Assembly (NCBI GenBank): GCA_043228905.1
Contig: JBHGNT010000107.1
Coordinates: 1 to 64,000 of the forward strand
Length of the DNA stretch: 64,000 bases
Reading direction: 5' to 3'
Origin: Azolla caroliniana
Lineage: Eukaryota; Plantae; Polypodiophyta
The position numbers were made by a program, and so were the translations under genes. The notes under the pieces were generated by a model that worked only from the letters and a program-made list of their open reading frames with translations, searched no databases and had not been told where the DNA came from. Shown piece by piece: positions 22,896-34,258 of this stretch; within the stretch, counting starts at the first letter, position 1; each line of letters begins with the position of its first letter.

Positions 22896-25800
22896 GTCCA
22901 GCCAAAATAGGAGCCGTTTGGTTGGACAGCCCTAGATCTGTGCAGCCCATTAGTGGTTCCATTCCCTCTAAGCAAGTTAGTGATGTGTTCGTAGTCCAAG
23001 TAGCAGTTAGTACTAAAAGTACCCCTCCAGTACATACCTTAGCCCTTCTAGATTCCGGAGCTAATTCTTGCTTCATGGATAGGAATTTTGCCCGAGCTCA
23101 TCAGATATCTCTCAGAAAGCTCCCATGTCCAGCCTCAGTAGTAGTCATTGATGGTCGTCCCATTGCTTCTGGTAATATCATAGAAGAGTCGGAACCCGTT
23201 AATATTGTCCTAGATAACTTAACATGTGTAGTATCATTTAATATTATTAGTATTCCAGAACATCCCATAGTTTTAGGATTACCATGGTTCGAGTTACATG
23301 ACCCAGACATAGATTGGAGGACAAGGGAAATCCGGTTGCGACAAACCCAAGGATCTACCCAGAAGGTTGCAACCATTTCGCTACGTCAGTTGCGTGAGGA
23401 AGGGCGCAAGGAGGAAATGTTTCTCTTTGCAATATCAGTACAACCCTCCAGCACCACCAAAGAGGAGTCCACCGTTCAACTTCCCGAGAAGTATCGTCAG
23501 TATGCTGATGTGTTCGATAAAGTACAAGCCAACACACTTCCTCATCATCGGCCGTACGACTGCGCCATCGACTTACAACCGGGAAAAGAGCCGCCATGGG
23601 GGCCGATCTACAATTTGTCACCAACCGAGCTAGAAGTCCTTCGAGCCTATATAGAGGAGAATTTGGAGAACGGTTTCATTCGGCATTCGAAATCTCCAGC
23701 CGGCGCACCCATTTTCTTCGTCAAGAAAAAAGATGGCTCGCTTCGACTCGTTGTAGATTACCGTGGCTTGAATAAGGTCACAGTAAGAAATAGGTATGCT
23801 CTTCCCCTTATCTCAAGTCTTTTAGAACGGATCAACGGTGCCAGGTTCTTCACGAAGATCAACTTACGAGGAGCCTATAACCTCGTACGGATCCGACCAG
23901 GAGATGAATGGAAGACCGCGTTTCGCACCAGATATGGGCACTTCGAGTATACGGTCATGCCGTTCGGACTCACTAATGCGCCGGCAGTCTTCCAGCACAT
24001 GGCGAATGATATATTTCGAGACCTCTTGGATGATTTTTTGATCATCTATTTGGATGATCTACTGGTTTATTCAAAGACCCAAGAAGAACATGATTCTCAT
24101 GTACTATTAGTACTAAAACGACTTCGAGAACATGGTCTGTATGCAAAGTTAGAGAAATGTAGTTTCGGGTGCAACCAAGTGGAGTTTCTCGGCTATGTCA
24201 TCTCCTCAGAAGGCATATCTATGGACCCAGCCAAGGTCAAAACGGTGATAGAATGGCACACTCCGCGTTCGGTGCGGGATGTGCAATGCTTCCTAGGCTT
24301 TGCAAATTTCTACCGGAAGTTCATACAAAATTACTCAAAAATTGTGCTGCCTCTCACACAGCTCACCAGGAAGGGACAATCATTCATTTGGTCTAAAGAG
24401 ACGGACATGGCTTTCGAGAGTCTTAAGAAGGCGTTTACATCAGCTCCAATTTTAGGTCATGTGGATCCGGAAAAACCATTCATTATCGAAGCTGATGCAT
24501 CGGATTTCGCATTGGGGAGCATTCTGTCACAACAGGGTAACGACGAGAAGCTACATCCTGTGGCTTTCCACTCCTGTAAGTTTGATGCCGCCGAAATCAA
24601 CTACGAAATTCATGATAAAGAGCTATTAGCAATAGTTGATTCTTTTATGCAATGGAGGCATTTCCTGGAGGGATCTCCTCATCAGGTCACTGTATTCAGT
24701 GACCACAAGAACCTTGCCTACTTTCAAGATGCTCGTGTACTGAATCGACGTCAAGCTCGGTGGGCCCATTTCCTCACACGCTTCGACTTCAAAATTACAT
24801 ATCGTCCGGGGAAGCACCAAGGGAAGGCAGATGCATTATCACGGCGTTCGTATCTAACACCACGTCCCGGTGAGCCAGCTTTCGATAACCAGAAGCAAGT
24901 AATCTTGGGTCCAGCACGACTGCAAGCAGCACAGATCTTTGACATGCCCGTGGATTCCGACATTACCAATACTATACGTGAGGACTTGAAGACTGACGCT
25001 TTCGCCCAAGCTATACTAGCACAAATTGACCCCTCTCGAGCGTCATGTTCACAATCACAATCACCAGGTACGGATTATCGGCAATTCAAATACTGTGATG
25101 GATTACTCTTCTTTAAAGAACTTTTGTATGTTCCTAATGGTTCTTGCCGCCTTCGAGTAGTACAAAACTGCCATGACACATATACAGCAGGACATTTTGG
25201 TAGTACTAAAACATTAGATTTAGTACAACGATCATTCTGGTGGCCCCGTATGCGACAATTTGTCGAAGATTTTGTTCGGACTTGCGATACATGCTGCAGA
25301 GCGAAAATGCCAAGACATCATCCATATGGTTTATTAGAACCATTACCAATTCCAAGCAAGCCATGGCAATCCATTGCTCTTGACTTCATTACAGATCTTC
25401 CAGTCTCTAAGGGATTCAGTGCGATTCTCACAGTGGTGGATCGATATACGAAGATGGCTCATTTCTTACCATGTACTAAAGAAATATCTAGTGAAGACAC
25501 CGCCGAAATTGTCATGCGGGAAGTATGTCGGCATCATGGACTCCCTGATAATATCATCAGCGATCGTGGACCCCAGTTTGTGTCAAAATTCTGGAAGCAC
25601 CTTTTTAAAATGCTGAAGGTCACTTGTAACCTCTCCTCCGGCTACCACCCACAAACCGACGGTCAAGCCGAACGAACAAATCAAACACTGGAGCAGTATC
25701 TGCGGTGCTTTCTCAACTATCATCAGAATGACTGGGCAGATATTCTTCCGTTCGCCGAATTTGCCTATAATAACGCTATCCACGCATCGACTAAAGTCAC

Positions 25801-26479
25801 GCCATTCTACGCTTATACGGGATATCATCCCCGGTGGTGTGTCCTTGAAACCCCAGAAGTGTCCACAAATCCTTGCGCGGAGGATCGTTTGGAGCGGTTA
25901 CGCAAGATACAAGCGGATTTATCTACTCAACTCCAGCAAGCTCAACAATCACACAAGGACTACGCAGATCGTCATCGACTTCCATCCAGTTTTAACATTG
26001 GAGATCGGGTGTGGCTGCTACGACGACACATCAAGACTACTCGCCCATGTGAGAAGTTGGATTATCGACGATTAGGTCCTTTCTGTATTATCGGGAAGAT
26101 TAATGATGTCGCTTTTCGTCTCGAGCTACCTCCGCAACTTCGGATACACCCGGTGTTTCATAGTTCTCTCCTCGAACCCTATCACGAGAGCACTATCCCA
26201 GGACGTACTATACAACCTCCACCTCCTATCGAGCTCGAAGATGGACCTGAGTATGAGGTCGCTGCCATCCTCGATTCCAAGATTGTTCGCAACAAGCTCT
26301 ACTATCTAGTCGATTGGCTAGGATATAGTCCCAGCGAGCGTACTTGGGAACCGATCGAGAATGTGACCAATGCTCGTGCTCTTCTAGAAGACTTCCATCG
26401 ACGATATCCCGAGAAACCGGGTCCTCAATCCAAAACGACTCGTGAAACTCGTCGTTTTAAAGGGGGGATAGTGTCATAA
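22883..26479 (+). CDS. pol: Pol: PR-RT-RNase H-INT-chromodomain, in the -1 frame relative to gag
   Basis: Frame open from 22868. Motifs LLDSGANSCF, YLDD, EADASD, CHD..GH..CDTC, DFITDLP, SDRG, GPF and chromodomain YEVAAILDSK..YYLVDWLGYSPSERTWEP. Confidence 0.95.
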   Translation, partial: VKRLSPAKIGAVWLDSPRSVQPISGSIPSKQVSDVFVVQVAVSTKSTPPVHTLALLDSGANSCFMDRNFARAHQISLRKLPCPASVVVIDGRPIASGNIIEESEPVNIVLDNLTCVVSFNIISIPEHPIVLGLPWFELHDPDIDWRTREIRLRQTQGSTQKVATISLRQLREEGRKEEMFLFAISVQPSSTTKEESTVQLPEKYRQYADVFDKVQANTLPHHRPYDCAIDLQPGKEPPWGPIYNLSPTELEVLRAYIEENLENGFIRHSKSPAGAPIFFVKKKDGSLRLVVDYRGLNKVTVRNRYALPLISSLLERINGARFFTKINLRGAYNLVRIRPGDEWKTAFRTRYGHFEYTVMPFGLTNAPAVFQHMANDIFRDLLDDFLIIYLDDLLVYSKTQEEHDSHVLLVLKRLREHGLYAKLEKCSFGCNQVEFLGYVISSEGISMDPAKVKTVIEWHTPRSVRDVQCFLGFANFYRKFIQNYSKIVLPLTQLTRKGQSFIWSKETDMAFESLKKAFTSAPILGHVDPEKPFIIEADASDFALGSILSQQGNDEKLHPVAFHSCKFDAAEINYEIHDKELLAIVDSFMQWRHFLEGSPHQVTVFSDHKNLAYFQDARVLNRRQARWAHFLTRFDFKITYRPGKHQGKADALSRRSYLTPRPGEPAFDNQKQVILGPARLQAAQIFDMPVDSDITNTIREDLKTDAFAQAILAQIDPSRASCSQSQSPGTDYRQFKYCDGLLFFKELLYVPNGSCRLRVVQNCHDTYTAGHFGSTKTLDLVQRSFWWPRMRQFVEDFVRTCDTCCRAKMPRHHPYGLLEPLPIPSKPWQSIALDFITDLPVSKGFSAILTVVDRYTKMAHFLPCTKEISSEDTAEIVMREVCRHHGLPDNIISDRGPQFVSKFWKHLFKMLKVTCNLSSGYHPQTDGQAERTNQTLEQYLRCFLNYHQNDWADILPFAEFAYNNAIHASTKVTPFYAYTGYHPRWCVLETPEVSTNPCAEDRLERLRKIQADLSTQLQQAQQSHKDYADRHRLPSSFNIGDRVWLLRRHIKTTRPCEKLDYRRLGPFCIIGKINDVAFRLELPPQLRIHPVFHSSLLEPYHESTIPGRTIQPPPPIELEDGPEYEVAAILDSKIVRNKLYYLVDWLGYSPSERTWEPIENVTNARALLEDFHRRYPEKPGPQSKTTRETRRFKGGIVS

Positions 26480-26761
26480 CTAGACTCGAACCCATAACCT
26501 TTTGTTACACGGGTCGAGACTTTACCATTAGGTTATGAGTTGTAATTTGAAGGATATTATTTTCATTTAGGTTTTATTAGGAAATTGATGTATATTCCAG
26601 ATTTCTCTGGAACATTCTAGAAACTTCAGGAGTATTCCTGAAGACACTATAAAAGGAGGCGCAAGGCATTAGTTCGAACCAAATCGGTTCAACGCCAGTC
26701 TTAAGCCTTCTAACTACTGTTGTATATCTTCCGTCATATAATACATATATCTTTCGCATCA

Positions 26762-26803
<42 letters not shown>

Positions 26804-27239
26804 ACTCACTCATTCCTTCTCTCAAAGTTCGACACCTCTCATAGTACTAATCCTTCTCTGTCTTAGTACTATTCCCCAACAATAGTACTAATCCTTCTTT
26901 TAGTACTAATTCCTTCTCTGCCTTAATAGAGTTCCTGACAATATCGAGACTTCGCCACCACTGATTCCAGAGAGTGCGGCGGTTGCGTTCAAAAGGCAAC
27001 GTGAGACCGAAGAGACGGAAGGTGGCGGAGAGAAAACAAAGGTCGAAGCCCATGCGTATGACGGAGAGATAGCCGAGAATATGGCTATGGGTGAAACAAC
27101 GGAGGATGATAATACCGAGGATTCCTACCCACTAATTCTAGAGACTTCGGCGGTTGTGTCCGAGAACCAACGTGAGACCGGAGAGACGGGATGTGGCAGC
27201 AAGAAAGGTAAAGTCGGAAGCCAGTTCAGATGGAAGGTG

Positions 27240-27770
27240 ATCCGGATGGGATTCCGATCCGAAAGAAAGCCGAACCGGGTAAAAGAGGATTCAACCAAAA
27301 GTCGACCCGAAAGAAAGTCGAACCGAAAGGAAGAGAATTCGGCCGAAAGATGACACAAACAAAAGCCGAACCGGGCGAATGAGGATTCGGCTGAAAGACG
27401 ACCCGAAAGAAAGCCGACTCGAAAAGGGGTCGACTCGGTCAAAACCGATCGACCGAGTCTGACTTGGCCGAACGCGAATATGGATGGAAGCCGACCTAGC
27501 CGAAAGCCGATCGGATGAGACCAATCCGGAAAGAAGCTAATCCGACTCAATCGGAGGTTGGACCGGTCGAGGCTGGTGAAAACGAGGAAAAGAAAGCCAA
27601 CCGAAACCGAAACCGATAGATCGAAACCGGGCCGAAAGGAGACCGACTCAATCGAAACCGAACAACCAATTCCGATTCGGCCGAATACGAATCCGATCGG
27701 AAGCCGATCAAACCGAAAGTCGATCGGACGAGAGCGATCCGGAAAAAAGCGATCCGGAAAAAAGTCAAGG
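27240..27770 (+). repeat. CG-rich short degenerate repeat tract in the gag-only element
   Basis: Recurrent GAAAGCCGA, GAAACCGA, CCGATCGG and ATCCGGAAA motifs. Confidence 0.7.
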
Positions 27771-30594
27771 TTGATGAAGACAAGAAAGAGGCCAGTAAAA
27801 GACACTACCACGAATGACAAGGGCCAAGAATATGACGAGAGAGAACAAAGAATATGGTGGATCGGATGGCGACAATGGTTTGGGTGGAAAGAATGGGTCT
27901 ACTCAAAATGGAGAGACAAAGTTGACATAGCGGGACAAATGGAGGATGAAGGGGAGACAACGAGCATCGGCAACTTCGGCACATACCGGAGGATGTGCGG
28001 GTTCGGAGGGGGCGAGTGTCGTAGTGTATTTCGTACACTACGTGAAAAAGTAAAAATAATATAACCGATTTAATTACATATAAATAAATAAAATAAGAAT
28101 ATCAAAATATTTATCACGTGCATAGGGCAAGATTCGAACCCTGTACCTCCACGTAACCAAACCTCAACTTTACAATTACGCTACCTTATCTTTAGTGTTA
28201 TACAAATAGATTTAATAACTATAAGTGCTTTATTTTCGCCTACCATTATTAAAAAGTAAATCATGCATTTTTAGAGTGCGTGAATATTTTATAGAAAAAT
28301 GCAAGCAACTAAAAAGTGACTCATGCACATCTAGCGTGCATGAGCACTATATTTAGCAAATAAAAGCAAGGATTAGAAAAGCATCACATGCACATTTAGT
28401 GTGCATGAACATATTAGAAAAAAAACGCATGTAGCTATGCTTAGTCTCTCCCATCACTACATAAGGATGGGGAGCACAATGTAATAGGTGTGTGAAATAT
28501 TTGGAAATTGGATATATTTCTGAAAACACCAACCGATTAATATAATCATGGGATTCACGAAAATAATATAATCTATACTTGTGGGATTCACAAGTTTCTT
28601 ATATCTTTCTTTCAATCTAAATACATATTCTTATCTAAATATTGATTAATCGAATACAATACACTCGTGGGATTCACGAAATTTCTATCTCTCTTTCTAA
28701 TAATCTATTCATTACTAGCCTCATCTCATATTCTTCTTTCTCCTAGTCCAAAACCCCAGTGGTTCCCACCCGACTCACGCAAACGATCCGGAGCCGAAAG
28801 GCACGACACCGGCTCTTATTAACCCAGTTCTGACTCCTCCCTTGGCTGCGGCTCCTCGGGGCGGGGCTTTGGTATACTGTCCCTTAACGGACTTGATTCC
28901 TCCCCTCTGTGGCCCTCGTCACGTGTCTGTTTGCGACATACTAGGGGCTTGATAGGTTCTTCTTCCTCCTCCTCTACTAGGGTGCCGCTATTGATTAACG
29001 CCGCCAAGGGGTCTTGCTCTTGTGGTTGTTCCGATGGTTGTTCGGGCCGGTGCAGCTTAATTTTCAAGGGTCTCACCGGTGTCTCCTTCTCAATCGTACG
29101 CTTCCGGCTAGGCTGCTCCTTCGCCTTTTGTGAGGAGTCGGCCGCTTTCCATCCAATCACCTGTTTAGCCAGTAGTTGCTACCTTTTTGACGATGGGTTG
29201 GGGGCTTGATTCAGTCAGTCGCCCCCGCTTCTTCGGCTACATCGGTTCTACCGGCGGCGCTAAAAGAGTGATCCATTGCACCACCACCGTCCACATCTTC
29301 TTGTCATCCTTTATTGAGGCTATGGTCACGCTCAGACTATCAATGATAATCACCGTCCAATCCACTTGTACCCCCTCGTAAGTTCCTATAATAAAACCGG
29401 CTCTGTTCTTTGGCATAGCCGGGGGTCGAGGGTGTACATGCCCATACCCATGAAGCACATGAGCAACCTCTCGGAAAAGAATGTCCTCGCCGCCTTGCGT
29501 GCGGTACGCCTTGCTAGCTAGGGAGTACTCACCGAAGAACTTTGTGAGCATCTCCGGTGAAGGGTCGTCGATCGAGAATAATCCGCCCTCTGATAGGCCA
29601 GTCATGGAGCGGATGGCCTCTTCTATGATGACCTCCGTATCGATCTCTTGCGCAACTTTCTCTGCCTCGTTGTGCGGAGGTGCCTCAACAATTCTCAGGA
29701 ACCCTTCCAAGCCATGTTGCTTGAACCATTTTTTGGCCACTTTCGAGAGTACCATGTATTCCATCTCGCTGTTTGAGTCTGTGGGACTTGGTAGGATTAG
29801 GACGCCTGTGCGATTCTCTTGCGTTTGTCTGATCACTCTTAATCTGTTGTGTGCGCTTAGTGCTTTGTTTTCGCGAAATGAGAGGGATTCTGTGAGACAG
29901 AGGTTTTGTCTCTCCATGCTTGGCACCTTTTCTTGATTCCCACGCATGCATGTCGTGTACTATTATAGCAGTCGATTGACACTGGTGGGTTTTTAAAGAG
30001 GCTTTAATTAGCCACCAACCACACCTTTTCAAAGTGCATGTTTGCTCCTCGCCTATGCATGATGACTTTTCTCTTCTTCTTCTTCTTCTTCTTCTTCTTC
30101 TTCTTTTTTAATATTATGAGGCCCGGTTGTCAGGTAACACCGGCTCCTCTTGATTTCCGGCCAGTTGCGTGCCACTTCCGGTTACCATGTCGATCTCAAC
30201 CGGATGGAACGGGTTTGGTGGCATGGCCCCGTAATAGGGTTTAAGCCGGAACCCATTTACCCATTTGTCCAGTACTTCGTCCGCAAGCATGCCTAACTGG
30301 TAAGAACCGTTGAATTCTCCTGTGATCTAGTATGCTCCGGTCCACCGGAAACGTAGCTTACCCATCATCTTACCCATCTGGGTCTCAAACACGAGCACCG
30401 GCTTGCCGATTTCGAACAACTTCTCATTGCCCTTCTAGTGCCGGTCAACGAATGCCTTCCTTCATCATTCCTCCAGTTCCAACTCCATGATACTCGCTAT
30501 CCGATGCTCTTCCAGCTCACATAGTGCCGCCAATTGGATTTTCTCTGATTCCTTTTTGCTTAGTCGTTCCCGAACCTGTATTCTAAGCTTTGAA

Positions 30595-30990
30595 AATCTA
30601 GAATTATTATTTTGAGAAGCGAACGGACGGACCCAGAATCGGTAAGCCGATCCGGATCCGGACCGGTTCGTAGCCGGTTGCCGGTTGGCACCGGTTTGTA
30701 CCCAGAGCCAGTGACCTATAAAAGGACCCGGTCTGTTTGTAATGAATTAGCAGTTTATTAATGCAAGTGTTGTTATGCTATACCTTGTTTGATCTTTAAA
30801 GCCTTAAGTTAATTACCGTTTTGTGCGGAATCTAATCTATCTTACGCGTGTATTATGCTCAATAACCATATCGGTTAACATCCAGTGAGGAATGTGTTTG
30901 CATTATGGTTTGCGCCTACCCTACTTGCACCACCCTTTGGTGAAGTGTCCTAGAGGGACACCCTGTGTTAGGGCTAGTCCAGCCCCAAGG
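30595..30990 (+). repeat. Partial LTR of family B
   Basis: Near-collinear with 17430-17827. Confidence 0.9.
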
Positions 30991-30991
30991 A

Positions 30992-31367
30992 ATAACAAAG
31001 ACAATATACAAGGAAGGTTTAATGGAAAGCTTAATCAACACACCATACACGGGAGAGACAAAGAGAGCATAACACAAAAAACTCTATTCCAAAACAATAC
31101 TCTAAAACCCTGTACATAGGATGTGCTCAGAGAGCACTTTTATACAAGTCCATACGAACTGACAGAAGTACTGACTCATACTTCAATGCTCATCAATGAG
31201 CCCCTACACTAACTCCCAAAATATATTCCTCCGTGGAATATCTATCCAACGCCATCCCGGTTTACGCACCGCTACGGCCTCTCATTGCGTACTCGGCTTA
31301 CGCACCCAATCTACGCACTAGTTTACGCACCGGTTTACGTACCCAATGTTGAGCTTGTATCTCAATA
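30992..31367 (-). repeat. Partial Copia LTR related to 54200-54605
   Basis: Reverse complement begins TATTGAGATACAAGCTCAACATT and shares TGCGTAAACCG and GAGCACATCCTATGTACAG. Confidence 0.8.
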
Positions 31368-31470
31368 GTAATCAATTTCATTTGAGGTTGTTGATTCATA
31401 ATCCTAGGTAATTTTGTACAGAGTACTTAACCATATAAGTTCTCGAGCTGTTAGTCAGTCTCTCTTTCAC

Positions 31471-31526
<56 letters not shown>

Positions 31527-31644
31527 TCCACTTTCTGCTCGTTGTTTCCCCACATTCTCTACTCACTCTGCCTGTTGTGACCCCTTTGCAACTTCCAAAT
31601 GTTCTCTGCTCTTCATATCCTCTCTACCACGACCTTCTGCTCGT

Positions 31645-33040
31645 TGATGAGCGAACAAGCTCAACCGGATCCGGATCGGCTGAATAAGCTAGAGCCGTAT
31701 CAGAGTTCGGAATGGAGAACCGGATCGGCATCTAGAACCAGTAGCCGGATCAGAGAGCCGTATTAGTATGAACCGATAGGTCGTTAGAGGCCTACGAATC
31801 TAGCCTAGTACGTAGGCATATGGGAGTCTGTGTCAGTTGCTCGTATGAGCATCGAAGTACAAGTAAGTACTCTTGTCAATCCTTTTAAGGAATTGTATAA
31901 AAAGTGTTTTGTAGGACATTTGTATGTACAGAGTGATATTTTGAAATTGAGGTTTATGATGTTATGTTCTCTCTATCTCTCCCGGGTATTCTCTGTGTGA
32001 TTAAGCTTTCCATTAAACTTGTCCATATTCTTTGTTGTTATCCGGTGAAGTTGGTTTTGTCTACAAGCTTCCACGTTGGATACAACACACAAGGACTTCC
32101 CAGCATGGGAGCAAGGAGAGAGCAGAGGGTTGTACTGCCTCGTGTCCTGTGTGCACGACCGGATGTTGGGTTAAATCAAAGACGTGAAGTCGCCGAATTA
32201 AGCCTGGGAAAATCTGAAGAAGATTTTCGCCGCCAGAACAATGACCCGGAAGTTGAACCTTCGGCAAGAGCTCAACAACATCCGGCAAAGGGACATGTTG
32301 GTTACCGACTACATCACCAAGATCAAGGAGATCAACGATGCACTAGGTTCCATCAACGTGAGGGTGGACGAAGACGTGATAGTTAGATCTAACTCGGTGG
32401 TCTAGCACAACGGTACGAGCCAATTTGGACAATGATTTGCACCCGGGAGAAGCCACCATCCTTCTTCGACCTACACTCGATGCTGATGGTTGAAGAAAAC
32501 CACACGAGTGGGTCGAGGACCAATCAACCAAACAACCCAATGTTATACATGGAGGTGGATCGGCCCTATGGGCGTGGAGGATGAGGTGGGCCGGCACACA
32601 ATAACGGCTGCTGGCAAGAGTAGAACCAGAGGCATAGAGATTGTGCCGATAGTAGTTTCAAACCTTCCACAAGTAGGGGGAGACAAGGCGATGCCAAAAA
32701 CCAACAATCTAAAGTCGAGACGGAATGCTACTATTGTGGCAAGAAAGGCCACCAGGAGAGCGAGTGCTGGAAGAAGCGTGCTAATTCGGATAAATCCAGA
32801 TCCAACAAGACCGAATAAGGGAACCAACAAAGCTCACACTACATAGAAGGATCAAAAGGATCTAAAACCGAAAAGACCAAAAAAGGGCCAAACTTTGTGA
32901 TGGAACACAAGGTGAACTCGATGAAGAAGACCACTTCCGGAGCGGAGGAAGTGTGATACGTTGACTTCGGAGCATCGAACCATATGACGAGCCACGAAGA
33001 GTGGTTCTCGTATTTAGAAAAGCCGGAGCAACCGGTGTCG
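31645..33040 (+). mobile_element. Copia LTR (~31645-32065) followed by degenerate gag-protease
   Basis: AWEQG..AWENLKKIF..RKLNLRQEL, CYYCGKKGHQESEC and YVDFGASNHMTSHEEWF. Confidence 0.8.
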
Positions 33041-34258
33041 TGTGAATCTTCACACACTATGTAAAAAATAATAATGAAATAATTATTTTAGATTAGATTA
33101 GTGGCTTGTTATAGAAAGATTGATGTACTCAAGAGCTTCAAAACGCATTTTACTACATATAAAATGGACAACTACATATCAAGTTATATCAAGTTAGGTG
33201 GACATGAAGTTTGAGAAGATAAGGAAAATAGAATTTTGAAATATCCCACATAGATAGGAAACTTTAGGAGGCAGCTATATAAGCAGATTGAGAACCATCA
33301 TTTTTCATCTATTTGTTAAGAGCACAAAAGAAATAGTTGGGCTTGGGCCACTTTTGTCTAGAAGGACAGATGTGGCAAAGTCGTCGGATGTGTCTAAGTT
33401 GATCGAACCGGCTGGTGATAGAACTCAAACTGGTTGGTGATAGTATTGAAAACCGGATGGAGCCGGCAACTGGATAAAACTGGTGACCGGGCAGAGCCGG
33501 AAACCGAAAACTGGACAGAGCCAACGATCGGATGGATCCGGCAACTAGCGACCGAGCGGATTCGGCAACCGAAAACCGGACGAATTCGGCAACCGGCAAC
33601 CGGCTACCGGGCGGATACGACAACCAGGAACCAGAAGAATCCGGCAACCGGCGATCGAACCAGAACCGGATTGCGACAGAACTGGAACCGAACTAGACGG
33701 ATGAGGCCTGACACGGACCATACGGATCAAAGCATGGACCAAACTTTACGGATTATAGGATCATGCGGCTAAAGTAAAGTAAAGGTCATTTGGAAGGAAT
33801 GCAACTAAAGGTGGACGCCATGCATAAAGTAAAGGTCATGTGGAAGGCATGCAACTAAAGGTAGAGGCCATGCAACTAAAGTCAAACTTTATGTAAGGTA
33901 AACGTCATGTGGGACGCATGCAAGAGAATGGGAAGTGAAACTAAAGTTCCTTCATGCAAGTGTATTTACAAGAAATAAAAAAAACTAGGAATCAGAATTT
34001 TTAGAGGGGAGGCATCCATCAATCGGGGAGGGCACTCATATCCAAAAAAATTCTTATTCAACTCAAAAACCCTAATTTCTTATCGAAGCTCAAAACACTA
34101 ATTTTTTCAACGAAGATATCACTCATAAACCATAATCTCTTATCGAAGCCGAAAAACCTAATTTTCCTATCGAAACTGTATCTTAGTTTCTTCTAATCTA
34201 TTACTGTAGTAATCTCCATAAGCTAAAACTTTTGTAATCCCAATCTTGGGATTGATTG
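33041..34258. repeat. Unclassified LTR-like segment with two internal repeat tracts
   Basis: Starts TGTGAA and truncates the Copia frame. CCGG-rich repeats at ~33400-33720 and CATGCAACTAAAG repeats at ~33770-33960. Confidence 0.45.

Larger units (their letters stand above)
21170..26940 (+). mobile_element. Structurally complete young chromovirus G2 (Tf1/sushi/Tcn1-like Ty3/Gypsy)
   Basis: LTRs 21170-21636 and 26472-26940 differ by about 1 substitution and one CT unit. TSD ATATC. PPT AAGGGGGGA at ~26460-26468. Confidence 0.98.
20146..28808 (+). mobile_element. Non-autonomous gag-only (TR-GAG-like) element related to D, with 5' LTR reduced to a 32-bp palindrome
   Basis: PBS at 20182-20199. 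Gag-like ORF ~20216-20887 similar to 8620-9080. No pol. Pre-LTR motif CATACCGGAGGATGTG shared with D. 3' LTR 28017-28808. CCGG on both flanks. Confidence 0.85.
18260..29947 (-). pseudogene. Extra ORF downstream of pol (~1000 codons after removing 20146-28812): globular N-terminus, P/E-rich linker, long coiled coil
   Basis: ORF pieces 29237..29947, 28819..29160, 19693..19923 and 18627..19223, the last two homologous to 45020-46700. Confidence 0.7.
17847..30590 (-). mobile_element. 3' part of Athila/OTA-like Gypsy element B (INT C-terminus, large extra ORF, 3' LTR), interrupted by 20146-28808
   Basis: 30230-30590 minus encodes KLRFRWTGAY...WVNGFRLKPY (INT GPY/F tail). The extra ORF reads continuously across the CCGG insertion site. 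LTR ~17847-18300 (5' boundary ambiguous). Confidence 0.8.

Noticed and set aside
27125-28064. R/K/F-rich ORFs on both strands
   Set aside because: Low-complexity repeat tract with no recognisable domain.
28125-28190. Functional tRNA gene (also 21172-21240)
   Set aside because: Only A/B-box-like motifs are present. I could not build a complete cloverleaf.
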